From the NCBI GenBank assembly GCA_039588275.1, contig JBDHAC010000013.1, forward strand, positions 1-64,000: 64,000 nucleotides of DNA, read 5' to 3'. Below the pieces are notes generated by a model, which worked only from the letters and a program-made list of their open reading frames with translations, did not search any database and was not told where the DNA came from. Positions 29,736 through 39,488 of the stretch are shown piece by piece. This DNA is from Gemmatimonadota bacterium. GTDB taxonomy: Bacteria > Gemmatimonadota > Gemmatimonadetes > Palauibacterales > Palauibacteraceae. A program made the translations under genes and the position numbers. Position 1 is the stretch's first letter, and each line of letters opens with the position of its first letter.

Positions 29736-32353
29736 CGGCTAGATTCTCCGTCTGGCGGCTCTTCCTCGCTGATCTGGAGCAACAGCTCCAATGCCGCTTC
29801 GTAGCTTGGCGCGATCTCGAGGGCGCCCAGCACGGCTCGGCGCGCCTCCTCCCGCTGCCCAGCGGCATGGTGTGCCCTGGCGAGGAGGAACAGCGCCTCG
29901 GCTCGGTCGACGGGGTCCAGGGCCAGTAACGCCTGTCGCTCGCGCACGGCACCGGCGACATCGCCGGTCCGCTCGCTCAGCCCCGCCAGCCGCTCGTGCA
30001 GCGCGGGATCGTACGGGTCGATCCACACGGCCCGTTGGAGAACTGCGGCCGAGGCTCGGGCATCGCCTAGCGTCTCCTCCAAGTCCGCGAGCTCGACGTG
30101 GGCCTCGTAATGATTCTCGTTGAGCGCCGTGTAGGTCCGCAGCTCGACGGCTGCCCGCTCGGTTCGGCCGGCGTCGCGGTGAACGCGCGCCAGCGTGAGC
30201 CCGGGCGCATCCGGACCCGCGTACTCCGGGAACAGCATTTTGGCTCGCTCCAGGTACGGGATCGCTTCGTCCGCGCGCCCGGACCGGTACAGTTCGGCTC
30301 CTCGCCGAAGCTGGCCCGCGAAGCTCTCGGGGTCGGGCGCGCCCGCCTCCGGGCCCGTCGACCCCAAGGCGCCCAACGCCGTCGCGAAGCGGCTCTCCAC
30401 ATACCGCTCGAGCCTCTGGTCGAACGCTTCCGGGCTCGTACCGAACACCCGCTCGAAGACCGCATGCGTATCGAGCCCGTCCCGGTAGCCCTCCAGCATG
30501 CGTCGGATCGCGCCGAACCCCTCCTCCTCCTCGATCATCTCGCACAGGAGCGAAGCGAGGTAGTAGGAGTGCTGTACCTGTCGCGGGTACCGGGGGCGGA
30601 CGAACCCGTAATTGAAACGCTCGACCGAGGGCAACTGGCCATTCCGAAAGGCGACCAGGAAGTCGGGGGCCACATCGGATCCCCACCCCGTTCGGGCGTG
30701 CCGCTCATCCAGCACGGCCAGCCCCTCCGACAGCCAGCGCGGCAGGTTGTGATCCGTGTATCCCAGCGTGAAGGCGTGCGAGATCTCGTGCCACATCGTG
30801 GAGCCCCAGTTGAACTGCCCCTGGCTGCGCGCCACGGGGGAGTCCATCGCCAACACCGATCCGAAGCTCACACCGAGCGCGCCGAGTCCGGCCAACCCCA
30901 CCGTTCGCACCGAGAAGTCGGCGTGACGCGGGTAGATCTCGATGCGGATCGGCGTCGGCGGGCTGTATCCGTACCGACCCGACATGGCGTCAAAGGCCTC
31001 CTCGGCGAGCCCGAGTGCGTAGTTGGACAGGAGATCCGACTCGCTGCCGTCGATCAGGAATTGGAAGCGGGGGCTTCGGGTTTCCCGAAAACGGTCGAAT
31101 CCATCCAGCAGGTCGAGCGTGTTCTTGACCCACACGTTGAAGGGGTCGCCCTCGAAGGCGGCTTCGAGCGTCCGGCGGCCACCCTCGATGTCGCCCACCC
31201 GCAGGAGGTTCAGACCGAGGAGGCTGTACGATGGCCACGAGAGCGAGTCGCGCTCGATGCCCTGGCGAGCGAAGGACACGGCGTCCGCGTACCGGTGGTT
31301 ACGATAGGACACCTCCGCGAGGGCGTTGTACAGGTCTGCATTCCGCGGGTCGAGCGCGAACACGCGATCGCGCGATCGCGCGAACCCCTCCGGATCGCCG
31401 CGCAGGTGCGCGGCGGCGGCGACCGCCGTCCACCCGTCCAGCGATGCCGGGTTGATCTCGATCGCCCTTTGCGCCTCTGCTTCGGCGCTCGCCACGTCCT
31501 CCAGATCCAGGTACAGGCGTGCTAGAAAGGCGCGGGCAGCCGCATCGTCCGGGTTCGTCTCGAGGACGCGGCGCACGAGCTCGAGCGCCTCCGACGATCC
31601 GTCGAACTTGGCGCGCCGCGCCATCCCGAGCAGCGCGCCGGGATGATTCGGGTTCGCCGAGATCACCTCGCCGAACAGTCCCCCCGCCTCACGGCTGTCG
31701 TACTTCGCCAGGAACAGTTCTCCGAATCGGACCTTGATATCCGCGTCATTCGGATCGGCGCGGATCGCTTCCTCGTACGCGCGTACGGCGTCGTGAAACA
31801 GGGCCGGCTCCCGAATGCCGAGGTAGGTGAGTGCGGTTCCGACCGCCGCGAGCTCCTGCGCGCTCAACCCGGGGCTCGCGTTGTACACGTCGATGAAGCG
31901 ATCGAAGATTCGCACCGCCTGCTCGCGCTCTCCCCGGTGGTGCAGAAGCCGGCCCAGCTCGAGCTCGGCGAGCAGGGCGTCGGACGCCATACCCTGGATC
32001 GCGCGCCGGAAGCTCAACTCGGCACCCTCGAGATCGCCCGTCTTCCGCAGCAAGACTCCGAGTGCCCGATCCAGCTCCGCGGTACCGTCGTGCGCGGTCG
32101 CTGACGAACGGATGGTCTCGATCGCGTCCTCGTAGCGACCGACCGCGCCGAGCGCCCGGGCCAGCCCGCGAGAAGAGGCGGGGAACGCGAGGTCGGCACG
32201 CACCAACGAGCGGTAGGCGGAGATCGCGTTGTCGTATCGTCCGGCCCGGAACGCGGCCTCCGCGACGGCGATGTCCGACGGTCCTTCAGTCTGAGCGCAC
32301 CCGGGGACCGGGGTGGCGAGCGCCAGGAGGCCCGAGGCCAGCAGCCGTCTCAC
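29732..32353 (-). CDS. Secreted TPR-repeat protein with peptidase MA-like zincin domain
   Basis: Signal peptide, many TPR-like helices, WHEISH...WLSEGLA (HExxH...E). Confidence 0.85.
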   Translation of the reverse strand: MRRLLASGLLALATPVPGCAQTEGPSDIAVAEAAFRAGRYDNAISAYRSLVRADLAFPASSRGLARALGAVGRYEDAIETIRSSATAHDGTAELDRALGVLLRKTGDLEGAELSFRRAIQGMASDALLAELELGRLLHHRGEREQAVRIFDRFIDVYNASPGLSAQELAAVGTALTYLGIREPALFHDAVRAYEEAIRADPNDADIKVRFGELFLAKYDSREAGGLFGEVISANPNHPGALLGMARRAKFDGSSEALELVRRVLETNPDDAAARAFLARLYLDLEDVASAEAEAQRAIEINPASLDGWTAVAAAAHLRGDPEGFARSRDRVFALDPRNADLYNALAEVSYRNHRYADAVSFARQGIERDSLSWPSYSLLGLNLLRVGDIEGGRRTLEAAFEGDPFNVWVKNTLDLLDGFDRFRETRSPRFQFLIDGSESDLLSNYALGLAEEAFDAMSGRYGYSPPTPIRIEIYPRHADFSVRTVGLAGLGALGVSFGSVLAMDSPVARSQGQFNWGSTMWHEISHAFTLGYTDHNLPRWLSEGLAVLDERHARTGWGSDVAPDFLVAFRNGQLPSVERFNYGFVRPRYPRQVQHSYYLASLLCEMIEEEEGFGAIRRMLEGYRDGLDTHAVFERVFGTSPEAFDQRLERYVESRFATALGALGSTGPEAGAPDPESFAGQLRRGAELYRSGRADEAIPYLERAKMLFPEYAGPDAPGLTLARVHRDAGRTERAAVELRTYTALNENHYEAHVELADLEETLGDARASAAVLQRAVWIDPYDPALHERLAGLSERTGDVAGAVRERQALLALDPVDRAEALFLLARAHHAAGQREEARRAVLGALEIAPSYEAALELLLQISEEEPPDGESSR

Positions 32354-33372
32354 GGCCGTTCGTCCCGCTCACGGATCGCGCGGTTGGTCGAGGCCAGCTC
32401 TAGGAGCAATGCCTCCAGATCGGTCTCATAGGCACGCGGGTCCATCTCGTTCTTCCTCGCGCGGAGCTCCGCGACCGCGTCCTCCAGCGAGCGCTTCTTC
32501 TCGAGCAGCGCCGCGAGCTCGGGATCATCGGCCGCCTGGACGGTCACGGCCGGACGCGCGGCGGCGAGAAAGAACCGGCTCGCCAGGCGTCCGTCACCCG
32601 CGTCGAGGCCGGGCTGCATGCTTCCCTCCCCGTCGCCGTCGTCGTCGAGCAGGGCGTGCTCGGTCTGCAACCGGTTGTCTCGCGAGTAGAGGCGCTCCAC
32701 CTCGAGGCGCGCGTACGAGAACGCCTCCAGCAGAGACACGCGCTCGTCCTTGTCGGTATCCGCCCCCTCGCCGGCGAAGGCGTTCACGAAGAAGCTCCCG
32801 AAGTGCGTGCGATTTCGCTCGCGTGCCGAGCGCGTCGCCGTCATCACGATACGGCGCTCGCGGGAGAGAGCGGGGAGAAAGCCGCCGCTCGCGCTCGAGG
32901 TGTTGACGACCGCCACGGTCTGGGTCGGAAAGGCCTCGAGCCAGCTCCCGAGATCCGATGCGGTAAGATCCGGTCCGGGGAGATTCAGCTTCGACTCGCC
33001 ACCCGATTCGCTCCCGTGTCCGATGAGCACGATCAGCACCTGATCCCGGGTGCCGATCCGTTCCGCCAATTCGCCGATTCGACCCTGAACGTTCTCGCGC
33101 GTGGAGCGCGCGACGATTCGATCCGGTGCGAGCGATCGATCCTCGGCAAGCCACGACAGCTGTCCGTCGGACAGGCCCCACCGGTCCCGGGCGGCGTCGA
33201 GGAGCGCCGTCGCCTGGGTGCGGAACAGATCCTGGTAGACCGGCTCCCCACCCAGACCGCTGACCACGATCACGTGCGTTTCCTGCGCATGGGTTCGGCA
33301 GACGCCGAGGGCCATCGTGGCGAGCGCCAGCATGCCCGCTCGTCGAAATGCCCCCGCCGATCGCCGGTTCAC
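32350..33372 (-). CDS. Secreted caspase/legumain (clan CD)-fold-like protein
   Basis: GTG overlaps the upstream TGA. Signal peptide, VIVVSGLGG, VLIVLIGHGS, VVNTSSASGGF, DTDKDERVSLLEAF. Confidence 0.7.
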   Translation of the reverse strand: MNRRSAGAFRRAGMLALATMALGVCRTHAQETHVIVVSGLGGEPVYQDLFRTQATALLDAARDRWGLSDGQLSWLAEDRSLAPDRIVARSTRENVQGRIGELAERIGTRDQVLIVLIGHGSESGGESKLNLPGPDLTASDLGSWLEAFPTQTVAVVNTSSASGGFLPALSRERRIVMTATRSARERNRTHFGSFFVNAFAGEGADTDKDERVSLLEAFSYARLEVERLYSRDNRLQTEHALLDDDGDGEGSMQPGLDAGDGRLASRFFLAAARPAVTVQAADDPELAALLEKKRSLEDAVAELRARKNEMDPRAYETDLEALLLELASTNRAIRERDERP

Positions 33373-35807
33373 GCGAGTCCTCTCCAGCGGCGGTATCCCC
33401 ACTCCGTCGACAACAGCAGGCCGAGGAGGATGAACAGGACGGGCATGTCCCACAGCGGTTGCTCCTCCTGGACGGTGTCCCCGCTCTCGGTGAAGCGGAT
33501 CTCCTCTGGCAAGGCGTCCACGTTGTCCGCCGTGTAGAACCGCCCGCCGGTCTCCGAGGCGATCCTCTCGAGGAGCGCGGTGCGACGTCCGGCGCCGAAC
33601 GGCTCCCGCTCCGGGGCGCCGGCCCGGAAGTGGGCCATACCCTGGAGGGGGGTGACTCCCGGGTCGCCCGCGACACCTGGCAGCGTGGCGACCGCCTCGA
33701 CCTGATACAGTCCCTCCTCGTCGGGCACGAAACGCCCTTCGTATTCGCCGTCGGCCTCGACGGTCCACTCGAGCGGAACCTCCTCCGGCACGCCGCTCGG
33801 GCCGGTGACGCGCGCCACGACCTCCGCCCCGTTCACTCGCAGAAACCGCTCGTCCTCCACCTCGGCCTGGATGGTGACCGCCTCTCCCGGCGGGATCGAC
33901 TCCTCGGGCAAGTCCAGTCGGACCCGTCCGGGCACATCGTGCACGAGCCACCGTAAGAGCTGACGCCACAACGTTTCATGCGTCTCATCTTCAAGTGGAA
34001 TATCGGCGTGCATCTGCCACAACCAGGAGTCCTGGACGGGGAACGCGATCGCGGTCCCGCGGCCGTACCGCTGGTGCGCGAGCAGGACCCGCTCCGACCC
34101 GCCCCCCACCGGCTCTCCCCTCAGAAGGGTCACGGCGCCAGGCTTCACACCCTCGACGCGGTTCACCGAGGTCACGGGTGGGAGGGTCGTCCAACGATCG
34201 GCGGAGCTGGACTCGTCGCCGGCGATGCGCATCGCCGGGTGGCGCCGCCCGGCCGGTGTCACCCGGGCGTGCACTTCCACGAGCTCGCCGGGCTCGACAC
34301 CCGGATCCAGCACGACCGGGAGCGCGTCGGCCAGAGGCGTTCCCGCGTAGCCGCCCTCGGCGAGCGCGCGGTGCCCACCCAGGACGAGCAACCCACCGCC
34401 CCGCTGCCCGACGAAGTCGGCCATCATCTGCAGCTGATCGTGCGTGAAGAAACTCGCCTCGACATCCCCCAACACGAGGCCGCTGTACGCGAACAGCTCC
34501 TCCCGGGTCGACGGAAACCCGCCCGCCAGCTCTTCCGCGTCATCCACGTCACCGCGCCAGAACTTCTCATCCGCCGTGCGCAACAACACGACGACCTGGA
34601 GGTTGGCGTCCTGTTTCACGGCGCGACGGAGGAACTTGAGCTCGGGACGCGGGGTGCCCTCGAAGTAGAGGACCTTGCGCCGGTTGTCCCAGACCTCGAC
34701 CAGCGCGACCCGCGCGTTGTTCTCGGCGACAGCCTCTCCCTCGACCGGCCGAACCCGAAACCGGAGCTGCCGGGGGCCTGACTCCTCCATAGCGAACTGG
34801 ACCTGGATCGGCACTTCACCCGCCGCACCCAGCTCCACCTCTCGGGTCCCGAGTATCCTGCCCCCGTCCTCCACATCGAGGCGCACGGTCCGTCCCGTCA
34901 GCCCCGCGTGCGAGAGGATCACGTCCGCCACGAGGGTCGTTCCGAGCAACACCCGACGCGGTGTTTCGACGCGTCGAATCTCGACATCGGGGGTGATTCG
35001 CTCGCGGCCGAGCCCGACCGTGTAGACGGGCACGGCGGCGGCCTGCAGCGCCACCAGCGATTCTCCGAGCGGCTCCTCGGCGTTGTCCGCCCCATCCGTC
35101 ACGAGGACGATGCCCGAGAACGGGAGACCCGCCATCTCCTGCTGAACGCGCGCGAGGGCCCCGGGGAGATTCGTGCGCTCGCCGGTGAACCGGAATCCGC
35201 TCGGGACCCCGATACGGTCGGCCTCGCCCGCGAACCGATAGAACCGCACCCGGAATCTCTCTTCGAGCGCGTGCCGGATCCGCCCCATCGCATCCGGGTC
35301 CGGGACAGATAACCGGATCAACGTGTCTGCCGGGGCCACGGTGTCGGCCGCGGCGGGGGGATCCACGGCGGTCGGCTCGGCCGAGGGCGCACCGTCGACG
35401 GACGTCGGTCTCGCCTCGTCCTCCGCCTCGCTCCCGAAGAGTTCGAGGAGGCGTGCCCCACGGGGAGTGCCATCCTCGTCACCCACGCGCATGCTGCGGG
35501 AGTCATCCAGCACCACGGCCACGAAGTTGCGCCGGGGGACCACGGTCGAGATCAGAAGCACGGGCCGGAACAGCGCGAACAACAGGAGGGCGAGCGCCGC
35601 CGTGCGAAGGGCGCTCAGGAGCCAGCGATCGCGCCGACTCTCGGTGCCGTCCGCCGCACGGCGGTGAAGGAGAAGCGGAACCGCGACGGCCACGGCGAGC
35701 AGGGCGAGCCCAAGCGCCCACAGGGGGAGTGCGAACGATAGGTCGCCTCTCTCGAAAACGAGCGGACGGTATTTGAAGAAGAACTCGAACACGCGGTCGC
35801 TATGCAC
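33369..35807 (-). CDS. vWA + GATase1-like (DUF1355-like) membrane protein
   Basis: N-terminal TMs, VVLDDSRSM...VTDG MIDAS, GGGLLVLGG, C-terminal TM ending EWGYRRWRGLA. Confidence 0.85.
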   Translation of the reverse strand: MHSDRVFEFFFKYRPLVFERGDLSFALPLWALGLALLAVAVAVPLLLHRRAADGTESRRDRWLLSALRTAALALLLFALFRPVLLISTVVPRRNFVAVVLDDSRSMRVGDEDGTPRGARLLELFGSEAEDEARPTSVDGAPSAEPTAVDPPAAADTVAPADTLIRLSVPDPDAMGRIRHALEERFRVRFYRFAGEADRIGVPSGFRFTGERTNLPGALARVQQEMAGLPFSGIVLVTDGADNAEEPLGESLVALQAAAVPVYTVGLGRERITPDVEIRRVETPRRVLLGTTLVADVILSHAGLTGRTVRLDVEDGGRILGTREVELGAAGEVPIQVQFAMEESGPRQLRFRVRPVEGEAVAENNARVALVEVWDNRRKVLYFEGTPRPELKFLRRAVKQDANLQVVVLLRTADEKFWRGDVDDAEELAGGFPSTREELFAYSGLVLGDVEASFFTHDQLQMMADFVGQRGGGLLVLGGHRALAEGGYAGTPLADALPVVLDPGVEPGELVEVHARVTPAGRRHPAMRIAGDESSSADRWTTLPPVTSVNRVEGVKPGAVTLLRGEPVGGGSERVLLAHQRYGRGTAIAFPVQDSWLWQMHADIPLEDETHETLWRQLLRWLVHDVPGRVRLDLPEESIPPGEAVTIQAEVEDERFLRVNGAEVVARVTGPSGVPEEVPLEWTVEADGEYEGRFVPDEEGLYQVEAVATLPGVAGDPGVTPLQGMAHFRAGAPEREPFGAGRRTALLERIASETGGRFYTADNVDALPEEIRFTESGDTVQEEQPLWDMPVLFILLGLLLSTEWGYRRWRGLA

Positions 35808-36034
35808 TCCCTCCCCGATCGATGCCGCGAGTCGCCACTCGGCTTAGCGGCGGTCCCGATCCCTGGATGTCAAGAGATAAACAAATGGTATTCGGTCTCC
35901 GTTGCCCGACCGCGGTCCGGCGAGGCGTAAAGCCCCTGGGGCTGTTGGTGACACGCCGGGGGCGGCCCCGATGGAGCCGCCCCGGAGAGCTCAAGGTGCT
36001 TTCTACCACGGAGACTCGTGCTCGCAGACGGGCT

Positions 36035-38971
36035 CTACGGCCCCGCTTCCCTGCTCATGGCGGTCAGGCGAGCGCGAAACGCGCCCGCTGCGGATTGTAG
36101 GCGCAGCACCTCGGCCGCGCGAGCGCGCAGCTCGAGGCTGGCCCTCAAGTAGAGGACGTAGATCAAGATCTCGGGTGACTCGAAGGAGCTTGCGACGTCG
36201 AACGCCTCGCGAGCCTCTCCGTTCGCCAGGAGTAGCTCCGCGAGACGGAGTTGCTCCAGAGCCAGCGGCTCCAGCTCATCCCAGTTCAGATCGAATCCCG
36301 GCGGGCTCGACCTCGGCGCGTTGGGCTTCAGGGCGCGGAATCGGCGGAGCGCGTCCGCGGTGTCGCCGCGGGCAAGGGCGAGGTGCGCCTCCATTGCACG
36401 AGCGAGCAGTCGGTCGCGACGAGCCTCGGCGCTGGCCAGGACCGGCTCGAGTGCAGGCTCCCGCCGAAGGCTGTCGTAGACGGCCTCCTTCCGTGCCGCG
36501 TACTCGTTCATCGCGCGCGCCACCCTGACGACATTCGCCGTGTCCCCCGTGTGCGCGCTCCAGACCCCGGCGTACCAAAGGAACCGCGGGCTGCTCTCCG
36601 GACCCAACCGATCGAGCCTCTCCCGCACGAGAACGTTTGCGCGCTCCCCCACGTCCACCCCCAGCAGGGCCAGCACCGGCCAGAAGCGCTCCGGGAAGGG
36701 GTACCCCGACTCAATCATGTCGTCGAGGAAGCGCACTGCCTCGGCATCTCGCCCCTGGGCGACCAGAGTCGCGAGTACGCCCTTCACCGCCGACCACACA
36801 CGACCGACATCCCCGGCGGTATCGGTGGCCAGAGTCGCCCGGAAGCCGGCTTCGGCGCACGGAAGCTGGTGTCCGCCGCCCACCGCGAGCGCAAGCGAGG
36901 CAGCCACCGCGCGGAGCGGGGTCTCCCGGGCCGCCCGCTCCCAGGCTCCCGTATCAGGGCCTTCCCGGACGCACTCTTCCATCAGCGCGATATGCCTGGC
37001 GAGACTCTGGTCGGGGCTCGCAGCGTTGAAGCGCCGCAGCAGAGGCCTCGCCCCCTCTACATCGCCCTGGCGCAGCCGGTGCTCGAGCCGGTGAAAGAGC
37101 GCGTTCACGGCGCTTGAATCGAGGCTCTGCGCGCGGGCGAACGCATCATCCGCCAGGGAGTCCGGACGGGCCCGGCGCACTGCCAGGTGCGTGTACACCT
37201 CGCCGAGCTGGATCCAGGCAAAGGCCAATTCGTCATCCAGCTCCAGAGCGCTCTGCAGCTCGCGAATCGCCGTCTCGGCGTCGCCTTCCACGTACGTCAC
37301 CATCCCGCGCGCCAACGCCGCGTACCGCTCCGGTAGCGGCCCGATCAAGGCCGCACGGGCGAGAGCCCCCGCCTCGTGCAGGTCATCGTTCCAGGCCGCG
37401 GCTTGCGCCCCTCGGATCGCTGCCAGGCCAAACCCCGAATCGGCCTCGACGGCCGCTTCATACATGGGGACCGCGTCCACGAACCGGGCTCGCCGGAAGT
37501 CCGCCTCACCGCGCAGAAAGGCAGCGATCGCGGCAGGATCCCGCTCGTTGAATGCGGCGTCGATCTGCGGCGGCGCACCCTCGATCATGGACGGGAGCAG
37601 CTGGTTGACCGCAGCGAGTCCCAGGCGCCACGGCTCCGCCAGCGGCCCCTCGACCCCTGCCTGTCTCAGCGCCGAGTCACCCGCCACATCGCGGAGAGTC
37701 AGGACGATCGCCAGGGAATCCGGCCCGGCATTCATGAGTCGTCCCGTCACGGCGAAGGCGCTCCGTTTGGACAGGGCGAGCTCGTGCATCCGACGGTCGG
37801 TCACAGACCGGATGTCGTCGCGCTCGTCCGCATTCAGGAAGGTCCAAGCGTCGATCGCACGCATACCTCCAGCACCGTCCAGTGCGTACCCGATCATGGT
37901 CGCGATCTCTTCACCGACCGTCGCCGGGATCGCTTCCGCGACGGGTTGAGGCGGGAAGATCAACACCCGGGTCGCCTCGAGGGCGGTCGCTTCCGAAGTG
38001 CCCAGTCGCAGCCCGAAGAAGATGAGCACCGCCGCGACTACCGCGGCGCCCACGCCCCCTATGACGCGTCGAAGCCGCTTCGGTACCGCCGGCTCGACCA
38101 TCGCCGCGTGGGAATCCATCTCGAGCGCCTGTTCGAGCCCCGTGGGCGTCCGCAGGGCTGCGATCATGGTTGCCGCGCTGTCGAACCGATCCGCCGGCAC
38201 ACGGGCGAGCGCCTGCTGTACGGTCTCGTCGATGCGTAGCGGCACGGTATCGCGCATGGCGCGCACGGAGGGTGGGGCTTCGGTCACACGCCGTGCCAAG
38301 ACCGCCTGCGGCGTCCGTCCGACGAACGGGGGCTCCCCGGAGAGCATCTCGTACAGAACGCACCCCAGCGCGTAAATGTCCGAGCGCCCATCGACCGTTC
38401 CGCCGCTGGCCTGTTCCGGGCTCATGTATTCCGGCGATCCCAGGACCGTTCCAGTTTCGGTCAGCCGTTCGCTGCCCGCTTCGCTGATCGCCCGGGCGAT
38501 TCCGAAGTCCGCGAGCACCGCGTGTCCGGCCGATATGAGGATGTTCGCCGGCTTGACGTCGCGGTGCACGACTCCGTGCGCATGGGCATAGCTCAACGCA
38601 TCGGCAACCTCGCGCGCGATCGTGAGCGCTTCGTCGATGACCAACTGGCCTTCTCGCTCGAGCCGCTCGCGCAGGGACTCCCCCTCCACGTACGGCATTA
38701 CGTAGTAGACGAATCCGTCCACCTCCCCCGAATCGTACAGCGGGAGGATGTGGGGGTGGCTCAGTCGCGCCGCCGTCTCGATCTCGACGAGGAACCGCCT
38801 CGTTCCGAGCGTCGCGGCGATCTGTGGGAGGAGGACCTTGATCGCCACCTGGCGGTTGTGCTTGAGATCCCGCGCCAGATACACGGTGGCCATCCCGCCA
38901 CGTCCGAGCTCTCGCTCGACGGCGTAGCGGTCTGACAGCGCTGATGTAAGACGGTCGATCTCGCGGGACAT
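36035..38971 (-). CDS. Membrane-spanning Hanks-type Ser/Thr kinase with C-terminal TPR-like region
   Basis: GRGGMATVY, VAIK, HRDVKPANIL, DFG, GSPEYMSPEQ, DGRSDIYALG; one TM helix after the kinase domain. Confidence 0.93.
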   Translation of the reverse strand: MSREIDRLTSALSDRYAVERELGRGGMATVYLARDLKHNRQVAIKVLLPQIAATLGTRRFLVEIETAARLSHPHILPLYDSGEVDGFVYYVMPYVEGESLRERLEREGQLVIDEALTIAREVADALSYAHAHGVVHRDVKPANILISAGHAVLADFGIARAISEAGSERLTETGTVLGSPEYMSPEQASGGTVDGRSDIYALGCVLYEMLSGEPPFVGRTPQAVLARRVTEAPPSVRAMRDTVPLRIDETVQQALARVPADRFDSAATMIAALRTPTGLEQALEMDSHAAMVEPAVPKRLRRVIGGVGAAVVAAVLIFFGLRLGTSEATALEATRVLIFPPQPVAEAIPATVGEEIATMIGYALDGAGGMRAIDAWTFLNADERDDIRSVTDRRMHELALSKRSAFAVTGRLMNAGPDSLAIVLTLRDVAGDSALRQAGVEGPLAEPWRLGLAAVNQLLPSMIEGAPPQIDAAFNERDPAAIAAFLRGEADFRRARFVDAVPMYEAAVEADSGFGLAAIRGAQAAAWNDDLHEAGALARAALIGPLPERYAALARGMVTYVEGDAETAIRELQSALELDDELAFAWIQLGEVYTHLAVRRARPDSLADDAFARAQSLDSSAVNALFHRLEHRLRQGDVEGARPLLRRFNAASPDQSLARHIALMEECVREGPDTGAWERAARETPLRAVAASLALAVGGGHQLPCAEAGFRATLATDTAGDVGRVWSAVKGVLATLVAQGRDAEAVRFLDDMIESGYPFPERFWPVLALLGVDVGERANVLVRERLDRLGPESSPRFLWYAGVWSAHTGDTANVVRVARAMNEYAARKEAVYDSLRREPALEPVLASAEARRDRLLARAMEAHLALARGDTADALRRFRALKPNAPRSSPPGFDLNWDELEPLALEQLRLAELLLANGEAREAFDVASSFESPEILIYVLYLRASLELRARAAEVLRLQSAAGAFRARLTAMSREAGP

Positions 38972-39386
38972 GCTGCGCGACTCCGGACGTGGACGACGCA
39001 TGAGCATAGGGATAGTGGTGGGTCGTATCCAGTCCGGGGCCGGCAGGTTGCGAGGGAAGGCCGTATCTACAAGCGAGCCGTTCGTCTTGCAGAGCAGGTC
39101 GGCGGGGCAACTGCGCGGTACAGAGGATGATGGCGAGCCCCGGTGACCATCTGGCAGGCTGCTGGAGAACTCGAGCGGGTCGCGGGTACGGGGACCGAAT
39201 GCACCGGCCCCAAAGTCCGGCCCCCATGCACCCGTTCTCGCCTTATCGGAGAGAGCCCGGGCAGCGCGATGCTTGACTCGCGTCGGTCGCGGAATCTCTG
39301 CTTCCCCGCCCTATCACGCCAGCCGGGATAGGCAAGTTTCAGGCGGGTTCCCCCGGGGTGATCCGGCTATTCCTCGGGTCGTTGAT

Positions 39387-39400
39387 GGGTCGTAGCTTGC
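39387..39400 (+). promoter_or_regulatory. Candidate sigma54 promoter
   Basis: TGGGTCG-TAGC-TTGC = GG-N10-GC, about 90 bp upstream of 39489. Confidence 0.3.
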
Positions 39401-39488
39401 GCCAGGCAAGCGAATCCCTCTGCAACAACCCGTGCGGGCAGGGCTGCTGCTACGGCCCGCCGAGGATCAAACCGCCCTGGAGGCCTCG

